From Vitrella brassicaformis CCMP3155 (Eukaryota; Protista; Chromerida): a stretch of 41,921 nucleotides of DNA. This document shows, one piece after another, positions 13,632 to 28,116 of this stretch. Both the position numbers and the translations under genes were made by a program. Every line of letters begins with the position of its first letter. The stretch's first letter is position 1. Under the pieces are notes generated by a model. The model ran no database searches, was not told where the DNA came from, and saw nothing but the letters and a program-made list of their open reading frames with translations. The stretch covers positions 1 through 41,921 of the forward strand of contig CDMY01000618.1 of NCBI GenBank assembly GCA_001179505.1, given 5' to 3'.

Positions 13632-14048
13632 TGAGTTCCTTGCTTCAAGGCAGCCTCAGGGACTCGTGATAGCGGCCGCCTGGCAGAGGGGGGAGCCTCC
13701 CAGAGCACCAACAGATGGGATGGATGAGAGGCCTCCACCGCGGAGGAACGGTCCTGTAGAGGGCAATTCGCTTAGAAAATGCCAGCCTTCTGTCGTCGAT
13801 TCGGGGGTGAATCAGTAAGATTGGGCTTGATATTGACAAAAGGCGAGACGGGATGGGCGAGCTCAAAAACGGGAAGCCCCCACGATCCCCGGCTTTTCCC
13901 ATTGCAAAGCGATGTCCAGACGAACGGGGTAGCTGTCAAATGTGTGTATGTGCCATTGTATGAATGAATCCTCCACACGCACGGCGCAGACATCTGTCTG
14001 TTTTTCTCTGTCTATCTGTCTGTCTATCACTCGCTCACTCACTCGCCC

Positions 14049-14348
14049 NNNNNNNNNNNNNNNNNNNNNNNNNNNNNNNNNNNNNNNNNNNNNNNNNNNN
14101 NNNNNNNNNNNNNNNNNNNNNNNNNNNNNNNNNNNNNNNNNNNNNNNNNNNNNNNNNNNNNNNNNNNNNNNNNNNNNNNNNNNNNNNNNNNNNNNNNNNN
14201 NNNNNNNNNNNNNNNNNNNNNNNNNNNNNNNNNNNNNNNNNNNNNNNNNNNNNNNNNNNNNNNNNNNNNNNNNNNNNNNNNNNNNNNNNNNNNNNNNNNN
14301 NNNNNNNNNNNNNNNNNNNNNNNNNNNNNNNNNNNNNNNNNNNNNNNN
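14049..14348. other. Assembly gap (300 N)
   Basis: Run of N; lies between the FYVE gene 3' end and the DHHC start. Confidence 1.
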
Positions 14349-14504
14349 CAGGCCAGCCATACATCAGCCATCCGTCGCCTCGCGTCTTAACCACAAATAA
14401 CAAATCCCTCACTGAGTGCCCTCCACACTGCCTTGTCTCTCTGACATGATCCATCCATCCAGCCTGTCCCCTCACCCATCTGCATGCATTATGTGTCTTG
14501 GCTA

Positions 14505-17423
<2,919 letters not shown>

Positions 17424-17845
17424 GATCATTGGAGCGACGGATGGGATGGGATGGATGGATAGATGCTGACAGACAGACGGCCTGACTGAGCTGACTGGTG
17501 TGGTGAAGAAGAAAGCCACAACAGTGAGATCCTGGTTATCAGCAGCTGCCCTGTGCGCCTGATAAATGCGGGAACGTTGAAGAGTCGAACGCTGCGAGCT
17601 TGGCCAAGAGATTCTCGAGCTCGCACTTTCCGTTTCCTTCTTCGGCGCTTTCGGCATCTCCTTTGATATAGATGTACATGTAGCAGTCTGATTCATCGCC
17701 TCTTTTCCAGATGACGATGGATGCCAGCGCTGTTCAGGCGAGAAGAGCAGCGGGGCCGAGCAAAGCACGGAGATCCCGGCGTGAATCATCGTGTGTGCTG
17801 TCTGTGTTTCTGTGATTGTGTCGTTTGTCATGGGAATCTCTGCAG

Positions 17846-19677
17846 ATGTCAACGTCGGCGATGCGGCAGCAGCTGCTGGCACAGATAACAGGCTATCAGA
17901 CCAATCAGGCGAGGGTACGCAATCAACACACTCATTCATTCATTCACTCACTCACTCACTCAGTCCATCGCTCATCGGTGCCTGTGTGTGTGCTGCGGTG
18001 TACAGGTCAACAATTGCATCGGCCGACTCTCTCAGCTGGACACCGCTGCGATTACACCCCTGGTGCGGCCAGACTGCCACACAATGACAGCACAAAGGCC
18101 TCTGTGTCATGGTGCTGTCGTGTGCTCTCGTGCGGTTCATTCGTCAGATGTTGGCCAGGGGTCAGTCGTCAGCTCGCCAACGAATCGGCCCGTCTGGCCC
18201 AGCTGGCGGACGACATCGACTCGACCATCGCACTCACAACACACACCCGCACTCAGGTGAGAGAGAGACCACACACAGGCACACAGCTGCCGGTGTGTCT
18301 TTCTATGTGTCATCAGGCCCAGCGGCGGTTGCACCTGACTGACATTCCCGCCGAGCCGATGAGTATCGTCCTGGCACTCTCTGACCCCACCGCCGTCGGC
18401 CGACTCAAGGCGACAGCCCGTCACTTGAGAAACGCCCTGCGGCCCATCATCCGCCGTATTCGGCTGCGGAAGGCCATCGAGTGTGCGGGGGTGGGCGGTG
18501 TGGTGCGGTTCGACGATCAGCTGTGCCACGGCGATGTGATGAAGGCCATGTGGGTGGTGGAGGAGGGGGGCGAGGGTGGCTGGGGGGAGGCGGCGGACAC
18601 ACTCAGATTCGCTGAGCATTTTGGCTATTGCCAGCTGCCGGTCACTGTGGGTGCTGGAGATCTGCAGATACACGCTAGCAAGGCGGTAAGCGCGACACAC
18701 ATGAGAAGAGGCAATGGGGCAATGGGTGGATGGCTCTCTGTGTGCTTGTGTGTGTGTTGGCTGCAGGAGTACTGATCGCTGGCCCGTTTCTGTGCGCAGT
18801 GGATGCTCGTCGGCCGCCATGTGGCCCTCCGCCGGCCCACTGGCCAGCATGACGGCACCCTCCAGCTGTTCCGCCGCACCAACGAGATCCGCGCCATCCG
18901 CAACCAACCCAACTTCGCCATCACCATTAACCCGCCCCTCCCCCACCCCACCCGCCGCGGCCATCCCTTCTCCCACCACCCCTTCCAGCAGCACGCCAAG
19001 CCGCACGACCCGCCCGTCCGCTCCCGCATTCTGTGGCAGTTTGGTGCGGGCTGGGCGACAGCTGACGCCAACGACGGGAATGTTTACGCGTCGACGAGTT
19101 CCCTGCTGAAGCTTCTGTTGCTGGTTCACCGGAGGGTGGTTGTGAGCGGCACGTCCGGCTCAGGAACAGTGATGGTGGACCGGTAAGTGGATGGACGGCA
19201 GGCCACTCCAGGGTAGATGGCCTACGTTGTGTGTCCTGCGTCCATGTGTGTATGTCAGGAGTGTGCGTGGTGGCCATCTGGATCGCATGCTGACTCGATC
19301 GCCGCACACGCCCCTTGACGCATGCTCACACGTGCTGACATTTGAGGCGGTCGGTGGGGCGTGTGGGCAGTCGCATGTGCTGACATCATCGGCCGACCCG
19401 TTCACCGCATGGGTTTCCCCTGGCGTCCTTCCAGGCGAAAACCAGAACGGTACGCATACACCTAAGAGACCAGCAAACCCGCAATGCCTGTTGTGCCGTC
19501 CTGTGGCCTCTTCTCTGTCTGCGTGCAGTGCGCGTCACCATCTATACCACCGAGGCTGCAGCAGCAGGTGTGGCCCATCACGCGCCATTCGCCCAACGAT
19601 TCCCCCTGACGGCAGCCAAAGTGCGTCTCGTCCTCGGCCTCATCGCACCCATCATCCTCGACGGCCAGGCACCTTAG
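17846..19677 (+). CDS. Hypothetical protein: N-terminal coiled coil, possible F-box-like segment (LTDIPAEPMSIVLAL); in-frame TGA at 18773 unless acceptor 18799 is used
   Basis: Model MSTSAMRQQLL.. (17846-17914), 18006-18062, 18173-about 18256, 18317-18685, 18767 or 18800-19182, about 19259-19449, 19529-19677. Coding-like codon bias; 5' exons uncertain; no recognised catalytic domain. Confidence 0.55.
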
Positions 19678-20200
19678 ACAGAAGGTGAGGGCCAGATAGA
19701 GGACGCAGAGGACCCGATGTATGTGCTGTTGTGTGGGTGATGGTGTGTTCTGCAGGGTGGCTGGCTGACGTCAAGGAAAGACACACAACTTGCAGTAGCG
19801 GACTGGGTGCTGCATGATGGACATGAGTGCGTGCGCAAGGTCTGGGTGTGACGAATGCGTGTTGAAAGCATTATTCCCGAGTCGCCTACCCACATACGTA
19901 AGACCAGCAAACCCACAACACCCCCATGCTGTCGTATGGCCTGATTCTGTGCTCATGGCTGCGTGCAGGGCGCATCATGATTCATACCAGCGAGGCTGCT
20001 GCAGCAGGTGTGGCCAATGACGCGCCCTTCGCCCAGCGATTCCCCCTGACGGCAGCCAAAGTGCGTCGCGCCCTCGGCCTCACCGCCCCCATCGTCCTCG
20101 ACGGCCAGGCGCCATAAGACAGAAGGTGAGGGCACACACATAATGCAGATGACTTGGTATGTATTGTGTGGGTGTTGGTGCGTGTTCCGCAGGGCGACTG
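19450..20200 (+). repeat. Diverged tandem duplication (period about 440 bp) of last intron + terminal coding exon + 3'UTR donor
   Basis: 19529-19677 VRVTIYTTEAAAAGVAHHAPFAQRFPLTAAKVRLVLGLIAPIILDGQAP* vs 19969-20117 GRIMIHTSEAAAAGVANDAPFAQRFPLTAAKVRRALGLTAPIVLDGQAP*; both followed by gacagaag|gtgagggc. Confidence 0.92.
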
Positions 20201-20851
20201 GATGGTTTCAACGAAGGAGACACGAGTAACTGACTGTCTGCCGGGTGAGCGGAGGAGTGTCTGGTGGTGTCTGATGGACAGTGTCCATTGTATCCGCTGG
20301 CCACATGTCTGAAAGACTGCCTCGTAGGAAACTCTGGCTTTGAGTGAGGGGACAGGAGAGGGGGGGATTAGTGCATGTGGGAGGGGGGGGGAGAGCCCTC
20401 GCTCGCCATGCCATGTGATGGTGATGGATGGGACGGTTATACACAAGGGACCGATCGATCGCAGACAGACGACGTACAGACGAGCTGCTTCATCAGTCAA
20501 AGTTATTTGCATTCGTTCGCAGGTACGCAAACGACAGTCAGTCCGCTGTTGTGCTGCTCGTGTCGTCATCGATCAGATAGACAGAGAGACAGGAATGACA
20601 TGACATGCATCGCATCGCATCTTGTCACAACGACAAAATGACTGACAGAAAGGCCGACCACCACAGCAGTCAGTCAGTCAATCAACATTACTCACTCACA
20701 AATAAAGGCTCAAAACAGACACACACTTACACACAGACAGCCACATCCCTCCTGCAGTCAGTCCACAACTGCCCGCCCAACCCAGCTGCCGGCCATTCAT
20801 CCACCCATGGGCCGACCCCATCGGCCGATGTATGTGTGGATGGAATGCCCA

Positions 20852-23800
20852 TCACCACTCGACGCCGACTCTGCTGCGACGCGCCCCTCTTATGTCGGCC
20901 GCGGGACCCACATGCCGCGGGTGAATGGGCGTACGGATGCTCTGGGGACACAGACATGACATTGACATGACCGCATCGCATCGCATCAATCGTTTGTATG
21001 TCTCTGTGGTGTGGTGAGCTGTCTACTGTACTGTACGTCCCGGCACAGCATACCTACATACCTACCTGTGGTTGCGATTCGGGTGTGAGGAATACGGCGT
21101 ATTTTGCGTCGAGCGTCATGAGCTCCTCCTGCACCGGCTTGACGTGCGGCGTGTAAATCATCGTGCACAACGTACCTGTGGGGGGTGGCACACACAGAGC
21201 CGAGCCGAGCCAGCCAAGCCCAGTGTAGTGTGTGCCTTCCCTTCTGGCTGGCGTGTTGGTGTGTGTAGGGTAGGGTACGCTTACCAAGTATGGCGGTGAG
21301 GCAGCAGATTAGTAGGTTGAGTGAGCGTGTCGACTGCTCCAGGAGGGCCCAGGAGAAGACCAGGCCCAGGAGGGCACCCACACGGGCTGCTGCTGTCGCA
21401 ATGCCGTGAAACGTCCCGCGCACCTGATGTCATGCGGCACCCACACAGAGATACACACAGGTGGGCAGGGCATGTGTGTCACACTGCCTGCGGTGGACGG
21501 AGCACAGCACAGCACAGCACATACCTGTGTGTGGAAGCACTCGAGGGGTATGAGGTATGTGGTGAGGTTGGGGGGGAAGTTGAAGAACCTAAACACCGAG
21601 TCGTACAAGAGTGACGCGCCCACGTAGTCACGGATCTTGTGGCTCGAGTAACTTGATATACTGCATACCCACATCACACCACATGACATGAAAACAAACA
21701 CGCCATGCAGCCCAGCCAACACAACACACCAAAAGATACATCACATCCAATGTCCCCTCTCCTCTCCGGTGTGTATCATGTCATGTGTGTGTCTGACCGA
21801 CGCCTAGATTGACTGACTGACCTGTACAGTGAGAGCGCCAGTCCGTAGAAGACAAAGGCCAGCACCACAAAACCGACTAGCTGCAGCTGCACACATGACA
21901 TCACATAACACAAGATACAACACACAAGGAGAGGAGAGGAGAGCGGGAGACGGTAGGTACAGACACAGCACACTGAATGAATGGGGGGTGCCTCTGGTCC
22001 TCGCCTGGCCTGGCGCCTGGCCCACCTACCTGTTTGGGTGCCATGGCCGATATGAGGAAGATGGCCAGCACGTAGCCCACAAATGACACAGACACCACAA
22101 CTGCATTGCATGGCACCCAACCACGCCACACACACACACGACAGAAAGGAAGAAACATACACAGACACGCACACGCCCATGCGCTCATTAAATCTGCTGG
22201 CTGCCTGGCCTGGCCTGGGCTGGCTGACCGAGTGATGTGAGGTTCTGTTGCCATGCGCTGTCGTAGCCCCTGATCTGGTGGACGAGAAGGAAGTGGAAGA
22301 CGCCGTTGCCGTAGAAGGTAAAGTCAAACAGCGCCCACGGCAGCGTCACACCCAAAATGGCCCGCATCGTACGCCGACCGTAACGACACGTCGTCCGCAG
22401 GAAACCGCAGAAATGCTGCCGGGTGCGGTGGAGCTTGTACACCTGCATGCCATGCACGACAGACACGATTGCACACATTTATCCATTCACATGTGCACTC
22501 TCTCCCTCTCTCTCTCTCTGTCTGTGTGTGTGTGTGTGTGTGTGTTGCGATAGTACCTCCGGTTCTCTGCATGCGATGAGTGTGATGAAGAAAAGGATGA
22601 TGGAGGGGACCACTGGAACGACCACGAGAATCCTGACAGACACCACACCCCCACACACACGCAGATACCTCCCATACGACCACAGGTGGCTGGGTGGCTG
22701 GGTGGACTGTTGTGTAGCTCTCCCATCCCCCCCTCCCTGACCTCCACGCGAGCCCCCTGGTCATGCTGGGGACATATCGAAAAGCTATTACCACCGTCAG
22801 CCGAACCAAGATGTGCGCCAAACCTGTTTGATTTGATCCCATCAATCACACCAGACCACACCAGGCAGACACAAGACAATGAATGACCCACACATCACCC
22901 AACCCTGTTTGGCCGCTTCAGCTGTCTGTCTGTGTGTCTGTGTGTGTACCTTACCCTGCATGCAGAAGAGGCAGGCCACTTGCACATGCCTTCCCGGGTA
23001 CACGGCCAGCTTCTCTCTCCCCTTCCCTCGCCGCCCGCCCAGCCCCAACACGTCAGGCTGGATCTGACCCGTACCCTCAAAGTTGCTGCCCCGCCTTAGC
23101 CGCTCCCTACTCCTCTCCCTCTCCCCCTCCTCGGCATCCTCCTGACTATGCTCATGCTCACGCTCTTCCTCTTCGTCTTCCTCATCGCCGTCATGCACCG
23201 ACGCAACCATGCTCTCGATGGCGAAGGTCCCCACCACCGGATACAGACCGCAGCAGCCGAACGACAACAGAGTGCCCACCAGAAAGATCAGCAGAGACCA
23301 CACCCACGACGGCAGGACACTCGCTTGTGCAGGGTGCAGCTGCATGGCGGCGATGTTGACCTGCCCGGTGAGCACGAAGCACCCCGCCGAGCCCGCACAC
23401 ATGACGACGAAGCAAGCCAGGAGAGCCTTCTTGCGGCCGTAGTAGTCGGCCGCAAAGCCGAACAGGAGGGCGCCGATGCCCTGCATGGCGAAGTGCAGGA
23501 TGAGGAAGAGTTTGATGAGGAGCTCTGTCTGGGGCTGCAGGGGCAGGTTGGTGCTCGGCAGGATCGACAGGGAGGCTATCATCCACGCGCACAGGAAGAA
23601 GGCCGCAAAACTCACCCACACACGGACAGGACGCTGTGGTGGTGGCACACCACACCCACACACACAGACACACACAGGGGGGGGGACCAATCCATACCAC
23701 AAGTGTGGTGTGGCGTCAGATCAGATCCATTCGTTCCACTCACTTGCTGCAGTCTGCCATCGATGATCTCCTGCTTGTATCCCCTCCCAAAACAGCCCGA

Positions 23801-23998
23801 ACTTGCAGCAGCAGCCTCCCTCCCTCGCTCGTCGAAGGTCACTCCCCGTGCCGCGCTGCCCTCTGGCGGTCTGATGAGCGACTCGTGTCCCCCCGACGAG
23901 TCAGCCACCACATTGCGTGCGTTGGGGTGATGGGTGGGCGACTTGCCTTCCGTCCCGATGAGTGGCGACCGGAGATCTTTGCGCACCGACTCACTCAT
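20852..23998 (-). CDS. MFS phosphate:H+ symporter-like protein (PHS/PHT1/PHO84 family)
   Basis: FGFAADYYGRKK, GCCGLYPVVG (cf. GGDYPLSA), LFCMQG, WALFDFTFYGN (cf. WFLLDIAFY), FFNFPPNLTTYLIPLECF (cf. FANFGPNATTF..AE.F), VRGTFHGIATAAARVGA. Start and last exon (20941-20852) are less certain. Confidence 0.88.
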
Positions 23999-24723
23999 CG
24001 ATGGATGCAACAAATCGATGGGTGTGCTCGTCGGGACCCACGCCTGACGATCTTTGTCGTGTCCCTTCCCCGCGTGGCAGTTCCTCCCGGCTAAGCTCGC
24101 AGATGCCGTGTGCGTGTGTGTAGGGGTGTGAGTGTGGATGTGGGCGTGGTCTGTGTGTGTGTCTTGCCGCCCTTCTACTTATCCCAGCGGTGATGTGTAT
24201 ATGGGCGTGCACTGAGGGGGTCTACGGGTCGGCCGCCTGCCGCCCCTCTCCGCCATGGAGAGTGGGGCGGCGGCGCGCTCTCATACACCCCCAGCACTCC
24301 GTGCGTGGTTGTTATAAGGGCGTGTTTGTGTGTGACTGGGCGATCTGCACTGGCTGGCCACCTGGGGATGGGCGGTATCTACGTATGGAGTCATGGTGCA
24401 GGATGCACGCATGCACGCCGCCTTCAAGCTGCTGCTGGGGTGGCGTGTGTGCGACGTTGTGTGCCTGCCTGTATGTTGCCGTCGTTCGCAGCGCATTGCA
24501 TATCCTCCTGTTTGCTGCATCTGCCCTCTGCGTGCTGCGTGTTGCGTGTCCGGGTTGCCTGTTAGGGTGCGTGTTTTCATGTTGGACAGACCAACAGGGG
24601 ACTTGGCCGCCAGGCCGCCTAGGGTGCTCCCTGAAACCGCTGCCGTGAATCCCCCCGCTGCTGACCGTGAGTTCCAAATCTGCCTCCCACAGGCTCGAAA
24701 AGTGTGTTGTTGATAGCCAGACA

Positions 24724-25654
24724 ATGGAAGAAGAGGCAGGCCGCAAGAAAAGACGGAGGAAGACCACGGCCAGAAGAGTCGACGAAACCAAGGACGCCGG
24801 AATGGAGGAAGATCATCAGGTCCAGACCTCACAGCACACTTCCGAGGAGCCAGCTGAGGACGAGAGTGCCCCTGCAGCAGCCGACTTCAGCTCACTGCTC
24901 GACATTCGCCGCATGCTTAATCCCACAGCCGTCCGCCAGTCGCCACGGCCGCCGCCCAACGAGAAAACGGGAGATCAAGACGATAAGGATGATGCCGAGG
25001 ACGCCAAGTCGCTGTTTGGTGAAGGTGGTGTCACTGATCAGGGTGCTGGTCCACCGTCTGGTTCATCAGCGACGGAAGCGGCCACTCCGCGGCCCGATTG
25101 GACGTCGCGATACTGGGTGGTGCAGCCCATGAAGGCAGCAGCAGCAATGGCTGATGAAGAGCAAGAGGAGAAGCAAGGTGGTGGCCAGAGAAAGAAGAGG
25201 AAGAGGAAGCGGGGCGCCTCTGCTGATAATAACAATGGGTTTGACGAGGGAAGTGTCGGTGGGTGGTTCTCCAAGTGGGGCGTTGCGCTGCATCCGAGGG
25301 TGGTGGACGTGCTCAGACGCAACTCGATTGGACATCTTTTCCCAAGTGAGACCGTGGCCTGGACGACACGACGGGCGGAGAGGGCCGCGTGTGTTTGTGT
25401 TGTGTTGTTTTGTTATCTCTTATGGTATTGTGTTGTGTTGTGTGCAGTTCAGGAGGCTGTGATTCCGTTCTTGCTTCGCGGCTCCGATGCCGACGTGGAC
25501 TCTTCATTCGCATCGGACATGTGCGTGGCGGCGCCCACAGGTGAGGGATACATGGATGGAGGGATGGATGAATATATGGGTGGATGAGCTGACAGATACA
25601 CACAACCGCACGCACACACGGACACGGACGTTTTCAATGCCAATGGCTTCACTT

Positions 25655-25690
<36 letters not shown>

Positions 25691-27828
25691 GTCAGGTCAG
25701 GGCAAGACTCTGTGTTACGTCATTCCGATCGTGCAAGTGCTCTATGACCGACTGGGTAATAAATACACAATCCGGTCAATCACATTGCAATGGGATGGGA
25801 TGGATGGATTGATACTTACTTTCATCCCTTCGCCTTTCCTCCTCCCCTCCCCCTGCCCGTCTGCATTGCCCGCATTCATGCAGTGCCCCGCATCCGTGCA
25901 GTGGTGATCGTGCCCACACGCGAGCTGGCCGACCAGGTACACACCGTCTTCAACAAATTCTGCGGCACCCCGCACGCATCCTACACAGGCCCATCCACAG
26001 CAACTCTTCGAGCAGTGTCTCTCGTCGGCCAGACGTCCTTCAGCGAGGAGCTGCGGCAGATCGGCGGTAGCAGCAGCAGCAGCGGTAGCGGCCCCCCTGA
26101 CATAGTGGTGTGCACCCCTGGTCGGCTTGTGGAGCACTGTCGACACGAGGGAGGGGGTGGAGGCATCTTCGCGGCCGTCCGGTGGCTTGTGCTGGACGAG
26201 GCAGACCGGCTGCTCACGCAGGTGTGGGCGACAGACATGTACCCGTCGATGCGATGCCTTGATTCATTTCCACAGGGGAGCATGTGTGTTGTGTGTGGTG
26301 TGGATGCAGGCGTATCAGCAGTGGCTGCAGGTGGTCATGCAGATGGTCCATCGGCGGCATGGACCACCTCAAGGCATGTCGGACGGTCCAGGTCGCCAAA
26401 TGGTCAGCCTCAACACAGGAAGATGCCCGCTTCAGAAACTACGTAAGAGGCATGAAAACCAGATACGCCACACACAGAAGGGATGGACCGGATCCCTCTT
26501 GACCATGTCATGTGTGCAGTGCTGTCAGCGACCATGACCAAGAACCCCCAGAAGATGGCCCACCTGCAGCTGCACCGGCCCCTGTTCTTCCTCTCGTCAG
26601 ACACCGGCCAGTACGGCACGCCGGCATCCCTCTCGCAGTTCTATTGCGTCTGCCAGGACGACAAGAAGACCCTCGCCCTCACACACATCATGCTCCACCT
26701 GACGGGCCAGGTCTCTGCTGCCGGTGAGGATCGCCTGCGGTGTGTGGTCTTCTGCGCCTCGCGAGATACGGCCCATCGGCTGGCCAGGCTGCTGCAGATC
26801 CTCGTCCAGATGGAGGCAGGACAAGGGCAGGAGGGTGACGAGCGTGAAGAGGGTGGTGATGGTGGATTGTCTGGCCTTCGCGTGGCGGAGTTTTCGGCGT
26901 CACTGAATCAGCAACGGCGGTTCAAGCTCATGAAGGACTTCAAGTGACATTCGTGGGGAAATAGGTGTGTGTCCACGTGGATGTGTGTGTGTGTGTGCAG
27001 GAGCGGTTCGATTGGGTGTCTGGTGTGCTCCGATGTGGTGGCCAGAGGTGAGAGCGAGCCCAGCAACGACTAGTAGGGCCCATCGTGTGCATGCTTGGCA
27101 CATGTGGTGTGGCCGTGTAGGTATCGACATCAGCGATGTGGATGGCGTCCTTAACTATGACGGTCAGTCAGAGAGATACTCCACGCCACGCCCGCATAGC
27201 ATACCCTCCCTGCACACGCCACACACACGAGCTGCCCTGCCTGCTGATTCGATTCGGTCAGTGCCGACGTCCCTCCGCACGTACATCCACCGAGCTGGCC
27301 GCACAGCACGCGCAGGCAGGCTCGGGGCGACTTACACACTCGTGCGGCCCAAGGAGGTACAGACAGACAGACAGACGGACGGACCCACATGGACTGGACG
27401 GCAGACCAGACAACATAACATGTTTTGTGTGTGTATGTAGATGCATCACTTCAAGGGGATGCTCAAGAAAAGCGTCGACTCGTGGTCAGTCAGGCCAACA
27501 AGTGCACCATCGATTGGCCATTATGGGCCTCTCTGTCTGCTGTCTCTGGGATGTCAGGGACCGAATTCAGCGCCACAGCGTGCCCATCGAATTCTACCGT
27601 GAGAGGGCCCAAAGGTGAGGTGAAGTGAAGGACAACACAACACAACACACACGGTTGGTTACTGCGATTCTGATCGATGGTATGGATGGATGGAAGTGTG
27701 TGATGTCTCTGTGCAGGCACCGTGATGCGGTGGATTTGCTGCAGAAGTGCCTCACTCTCGAGAGCAAAGGCCTGATCCGGTCCACCGATCCTGTCGGGGC
27801 CCCCCTCTCAGACCTGCAGAGTGATTGA
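24724..27828 (+). CDS. DDX51: DEAD-box RNA helicase, DDX51/DBP6 subfamily
   Basis: FPIQ (Q motif), APTGQGKT, PTRELA, TPGRL, DEADRLL, SATMT, SDVVARGIDI, YIHRAGRTARAG; long acidic/basic N-terminus; TGA at 27826-27828. Confidence 0.9.
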
Positions 27829-28116
27829 CTGACTGACTGTACAGGGGACATTACTTGGATTGCATGACGGTGCTTGAGAGAAGGAAGGGAGACCTTCACA
27901 GTTAGTCGCCTTCACCGACATCATGTCACTCACGACCGATGAACAAATCCGTACGGTACAGTCAGCCAGCTCCACACGAGTGCCGTACCTACCGTAGCAG
28001 CGAGCGAACCATGCCACACGACGCCATCCATACCACGCTATGCTATGCCATGCCATACAGGGGGGCAATGCTCATCATCTAAGCATCTCCATCCATCCAT
28101 CCATCGACCACCGTCT

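Noticed and set aside
19756-19897. Segment between the duplicated exons as a coding exon
   Set aside because: Lies downstream of the copy-1 stop and has stops in all three frames; best read as 3'UTR or degenerate sequence.
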